Below, in pieces: positions 59,952 to 64,000 of a stretch of 64,000 nucleotides of DNA (position 1 is the stretch's first letter; every line of letters starts with the position of its first letter). This stretch comes from Octopus bimaculoides. Lineage: Eukaryota. The notes under the pieces were generated by a model. The model worked only from the letters and a program-made list of their open reading frames with translations, was not told the origin of the DNA and did not search any database. The translations under genes and the position numbers were made by a program. The stretch lies in assembly GCF_001194135.2 (NCBI RefSeq), contig NC_068992.1, positions 14,581,853 through 14,645,852 on the forward strand, given 5' to 3'.

Positions 59952-60594
59952 NNNNNNNNNNNNNNNNNNNNNNNNNNNNNNNNNNNNNNNNNNNNNNNNN
60001 NNNNNNNNNNNNNNNNNNNNNNNNNNNNNNNNNNNNNNNNNNNNNNNNNNNNNNNNNNNNNNNNNNNNNNNNNNNNNNNNNNNNNNNNNNNNNNNNNNNN
60101 NNNNNNNNNNNNNNNNNNNNNNNNNNNNNNNNNNNNNNNNNNNNNNNNNNNNNNNNNNNNNNNNNNNNNNNNNNNNNNNNNNNNNNNNNNNNNNNNNNNN
60201 NNNNNNNNNNNNNNNNNNNNNNNNNNNNNNNNNNNNNNNNNNNNNNNNNNNNNNNNNNNNNNNNNNNNNNNNNNNNNNNNNNNNNNNNNNNNNNNNNNNN
60301 NNNNNNNNNNNNNNNNNNNNNNNNNNNNNNNNNNNNNNNNNNNNNNNNNNNNNNNNNNNNNNNNNNNNNNNNNNNNNNNNNNNNNNNNNNNNNNNNNNNN
60401 NNNNNNNNNNNNNNNNNNNNNNNNNNNNNNNNNNNNNNNNNNNNNNNNNNNNNNNNNNNNNNNNNNNNNNNNNNNNNNNNNNNNNNNNNNNNNNNNNNNN
60501 NNNNNNNNNNNNNNNNNNNNNNNNNNNNNNNNNNNNNNNNNNNNNNNNNNNNNNNNNNNNNNNNNNNNNNNNNNNAAAAAAAAAAAAAAAAAAA

Positions 60595-61000
60595 AAAGAA
60601 TTTCAGGTCTTGTGCCTATACTAGAAAAGGTTATTATGGGCAGGAGAAAGGTGGTGAGGTGGCAGAATTGTGAGCACGCCGGGCAAAATGCTTAACAACT
60701 CCTTATTTGTCTTTATGTTTTGAGTTCAAATACTGCCGGAGTCGACTTTGCCTTTCATCTTTTCGGGGTTGATAGAATAAGTATCAGTTGAACACTGGGG
60801 TTGATGTAATCGACTTCACCCTGTCCCCTCAAATTTCTGGCCTTTTGCCAAAATCTGAAATCATTGTTATGGGCAGCAGAAAAGTGGTTAACTGGTAGCA
60901 TCAATAACATCCCATACGAAATGCTTAGTGGCCTTCCATCTGTCTTTGTGTTCTGAGTTTAAATTTCACTGTAGTCAACTTTGCCTTTCATCCAAATACA
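60595..61000 (+). mobile_element. SINE C tail plus two further head-to-tail copies
   Basis: Family motifs as above. Confidence 0.75.
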
Positions 61001-61351
61001 TCCTTCTTTTTAAGATGAGGATGTGTGTGATTTCATGTATATTTAGCTGCTATTTCTAACAGTTTGAGTGACTGTACTGTTGTTTATTGTCATTGTTCTC
61101 CAGCTGGGAGGTCAGCAACAACAGGCAACAGGTCAGATATAATGTAGGAGTGGATCAACTTCCTCTGTTCCTCGAAAACAATTACATACAATACACGCGT
61201 GCACGTGCGCGCGCACACACACACACATACACATTCAGACGCATCTTGTCATTCCAGCCACAGTGTAATATGTTGGCTCATTTTTAGCTAGTATCAGGCA
61301 AGTGTGTGTGTGTATTGGTTTGTGAATGGGTGTGTTGGTAGCAGTAAGTGC

Positions 61352-61411
<60 letters not shown>

Positions 61412-61429
61412 TGTCTTTCTGGCCTTGTT

Positions 61430-62132
61430 TTCATGGCTTTACATATATATATGTGTGTGTGTATGTTTGTGTGTCTGTGTTTGTCCTCACCCAACATCGC
61501 TTGATAACTGATGTTGGTGTGTTTATGACCCCCGTGACTTAGCGGTTCAGCAAAAGAGACCGATAGAATAAGTACTAGGCTTACAAAGAATAAGTCCTGN
61601 NNNNNNNNNNNNNNNNNNNNNNNNNNNNNNNNNNNNNNNNNNNNNNNNNNNNNNNNNNNNNNNNNNNNNNNNNNNNNNNNNNNNNNNNNNNNNNNNNNNN
61701 NNNNNNNNNNNNNNNNNNNNNNNNNNNNNNNNNNNNNNNNNNNNNNNNNNNNNNNNNNNNNNNNNNNNNNNNNNNNNNNNNNNNNNNNNNNNNNNNNNNN
61801 NNNNNNNNNNNNNNNNNNNNNNNNNNNNNNNNNNNNNNNNNNNNNNNNNNNNNNNNNNNNNNNNNNNNNNNNNNNNNNNNNNNNNNNNNNNNNNNNNNNN
61901 NNNNNNNNNNNNNNNNNNNNNNNNNNNNNNNNNNNNNNNNNNNNNNNNNNNNNNNNNNNNNNNNNNNNNNNNNNNNNNNNNNNNNNNNNNNNNNNNNNNN
62001 NNNNNNNNNNNNNNNNNNNNNNNNNNNNNNNNNNNNNNNNNNNNNNNNGGGGGGGGTCGATTTGCTCGACTGAAGGCAGTGCTCCAGCATGGCCACAGTC
62101 AAATGACTGGAACAAATAAAGGAATAAAAGAA
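61430..62132 (+). mobile_element. SINE B 3' half split by the N gap 61600-62048
   Basis: AAGAATAAGTCCTG | GGGG..GTCGATTTGCTCGAC continues the consensus across the gap. Confidence 0.85.
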
Positions 62133-62134
62133 TA

Positions 62135-62860
62135 ACATATCATAATTACCTACACGTGTTTCCACTGCAGTGATTACTCACTGTTGTAAATGCAACTTTG
62201 CAATATTATCGGTTTCAGCATCATCAGGATCCATCCATTCGGTCGTCCTTGAAGTAGCCTGATTATAGTGAATGTTTGTTAGTGTTTTGTGGGAGGTAGG
62301 GATGTTGTTATTTATAGGTATATACTATTGACCTCAACTTCACTCCAGTCACTGTCTGCAGTTAGGGTTTGGTCTTAGAATCGGTTAAGGTCAAGATTGT
62401 TGTTTTTATAAGTCTCTTTGGTTGTTTTAATGGTTCTGTGTGTTATTTTGGATTTCGATTGTACTACTTGTATTGAAAGTAGTAGTTCTTGTTTCTTTAT
62501 ATTCATCTTTCTGTTGAGCAGCTCATTATTTATGTAGGTTATTTGTTTTTTTATTAACGAGGTTATTAAATATTTTTATGTCTAAGTTATGTTGCTCTAT
62601 TTGTTATACCAAGCCCAATTCTTACTGGGCTGTTGGCTATCTAGAATTACCTTTATACCTCTTAAAGGTCAGGCCATGCTTGTGTAAACCTCTAAGGGCT
62701 TGTTCATGTTTTGTATAAATTAATGTCTGTTTTGATGTAAATATTTGATAAAACTTCTCTACACATAGATTGCATATGTTTCCCCCTGCTTGATAAGGCT
62801 TAGCAGTACTAATTAGTTCTCAATCAATAGAATAGCTATTGTTTTTGTTTCTCTAGTTGT
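62135..62860 (-). mobile_element. Penelope-like element 3' end: GIY-YIG-associated C-terminus, UTR and hammerhead-like motif
   Basis: SYSID*ELISTAKPYQAGGNICNLCVEKFYQI...GLHKHGLTFKRYK matches the PLE W.I...A.PY....C.LC..EK pattern. The terminus has ATC-CTGATGA-TGCTG...CAGTG-GAAAC-ACGT-GTA-GGT (62148-62230). Confidence 0.75.
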
Positions 62861-62991
62861 TAGTCATGGAGTGACTAACAACTAAGTGTAGTCTCAGACA
62901 TTAGATAATGATCGTTGTGGTTAGCCATAAACTGGAACTTAACTGAGAGCTAATACAGTATCCATCTGGATAATGTATCCTTCCAAGCTCA

Positions 62992-63030
<39 letters not shown>

Positions 63031-63629
63031 NNNNNNNNNNNNNNNNNNNNNNNNNNNNNNNNNNNNNNNNNNNNNNNNNNNNNNNNNNNNNNNNNNNNNN
63101 NNNNNNNNNNNNNNNNNNNNNNNNNNNNNNATATATATATATATATATATATATAGCGTATATATATATGTATATATATTTATATATGTGTGTATATGTT
63201 TATATATATATATGTATATACATATATGTATACACACACACATATATGCATACATACATATATGTATGTATGTATGTGTATGTATATGAGAACTGTTTTG
63301 TTGTTAAACTGTGAAATGTCAGTGACATTTGATCACAAATCATTTGCTCTTAAGGTTGGTACATACTTTTGCACATTCCTAAACTATTCCTCATAAAAAA
63401 TTTAATTCCGTTTTAAAATTTGAGAACCTGGAACTATTCTGTTGTCCACAATAAGAATTTCATACACAGTCATGTGGTTTCAAATTCTTCAAATTTGAGG
63501 TTAGTGAATGGTTAGTCACATTGAATGTGGTACTCAACTAGTCCCTTATTTCAATCATCCTCACCTGCATTGCTAAAGGTAAATTTGACCTTTGCTGTAT
63601 TTGAACTTTTGCAGGTTTTGTACTTTTGC

Positions 63630-64000
63630 ATGGCTGCGTGATAAGAAGCTTGCTTCCTAACTAAAAAGTTCTAGGTTCAGTTCTACTGTGTGGCACCTTG
63701 GGTAGATGTCTTCTAGTATAGCCTCGAGCTGGCCAAAGCCTTGTGAGTGGATTTGATAGATGGAAATTGCAAAAAGCCCACCGGTACGCAAAAGCACAAT
63801 AATAATCCTTTCTACTATGGGCACAAGGCCTGGATTTTGTGAGGAGGAGGACAGTCAATCACATCTACCCCAGTATTCAACTGGTACTTAATTTATAAGC
63901 CTCAAAAGGATGAAAGACAAAGTCAACCTCAACGGAATTTGAACTCAGAATGTAGTGGCAGACGAAATGCTGCCAAGTATTTCACCCAGCATGCTAACAA
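63630..64000. mobile_element. SINE B head (+, about 63630-63785) and SINE C (-, about 63800-64000)
   Basis: Family motifs as above. Confidence 0.8.

Overview
This is AT-rich eukaryotic DNA from a gapped draft assembly (11 N-runs). The repeat set resembles what I recall from Octopus (coleoid cephalopod); that assignment is inference. I find no intact protein-coding gene, rRNA, true tRNA or CRISPR array. Most ORF-track entries are microsatellite or N-gap artefacts. The window is intergenic or intronic. It is packed with tRNA-derived SINEs (three families, here labelled A, B, C) and many 3' ends of an RTE-clade LINE. It also holds CR1 and R4/Dong-like LINE fragments, an internally deleted Ty3/Gypsy element with a tRNA-Ser PBS, pogo/Tigger, Tc1/mariner, hAT- and piggyBac-like remnants or MITEs, and long microsatellites. 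The most notable signal is about ten hammerhead-ribozyme-like motifs (CTGA[T/A]GA...GAAAC-short or palindromic stem III-GTA) tied to Penelope-like element remnants. Two of these sets sit in head-to-head palindromes (1260-1593 and 10372-10846). Other points of interest are R4/Dong-like 3' ends docked in the (ATT)n tails of SINE C, 2x2 module shuffling among SINE A variants, a locally templated insertion, and a CpG-retaining, SINE-poor zone at about 12.9-19.3 kb that may be regulatory. All identities and alignments were judged by eye and coordinates of degenerate elements are approximate.
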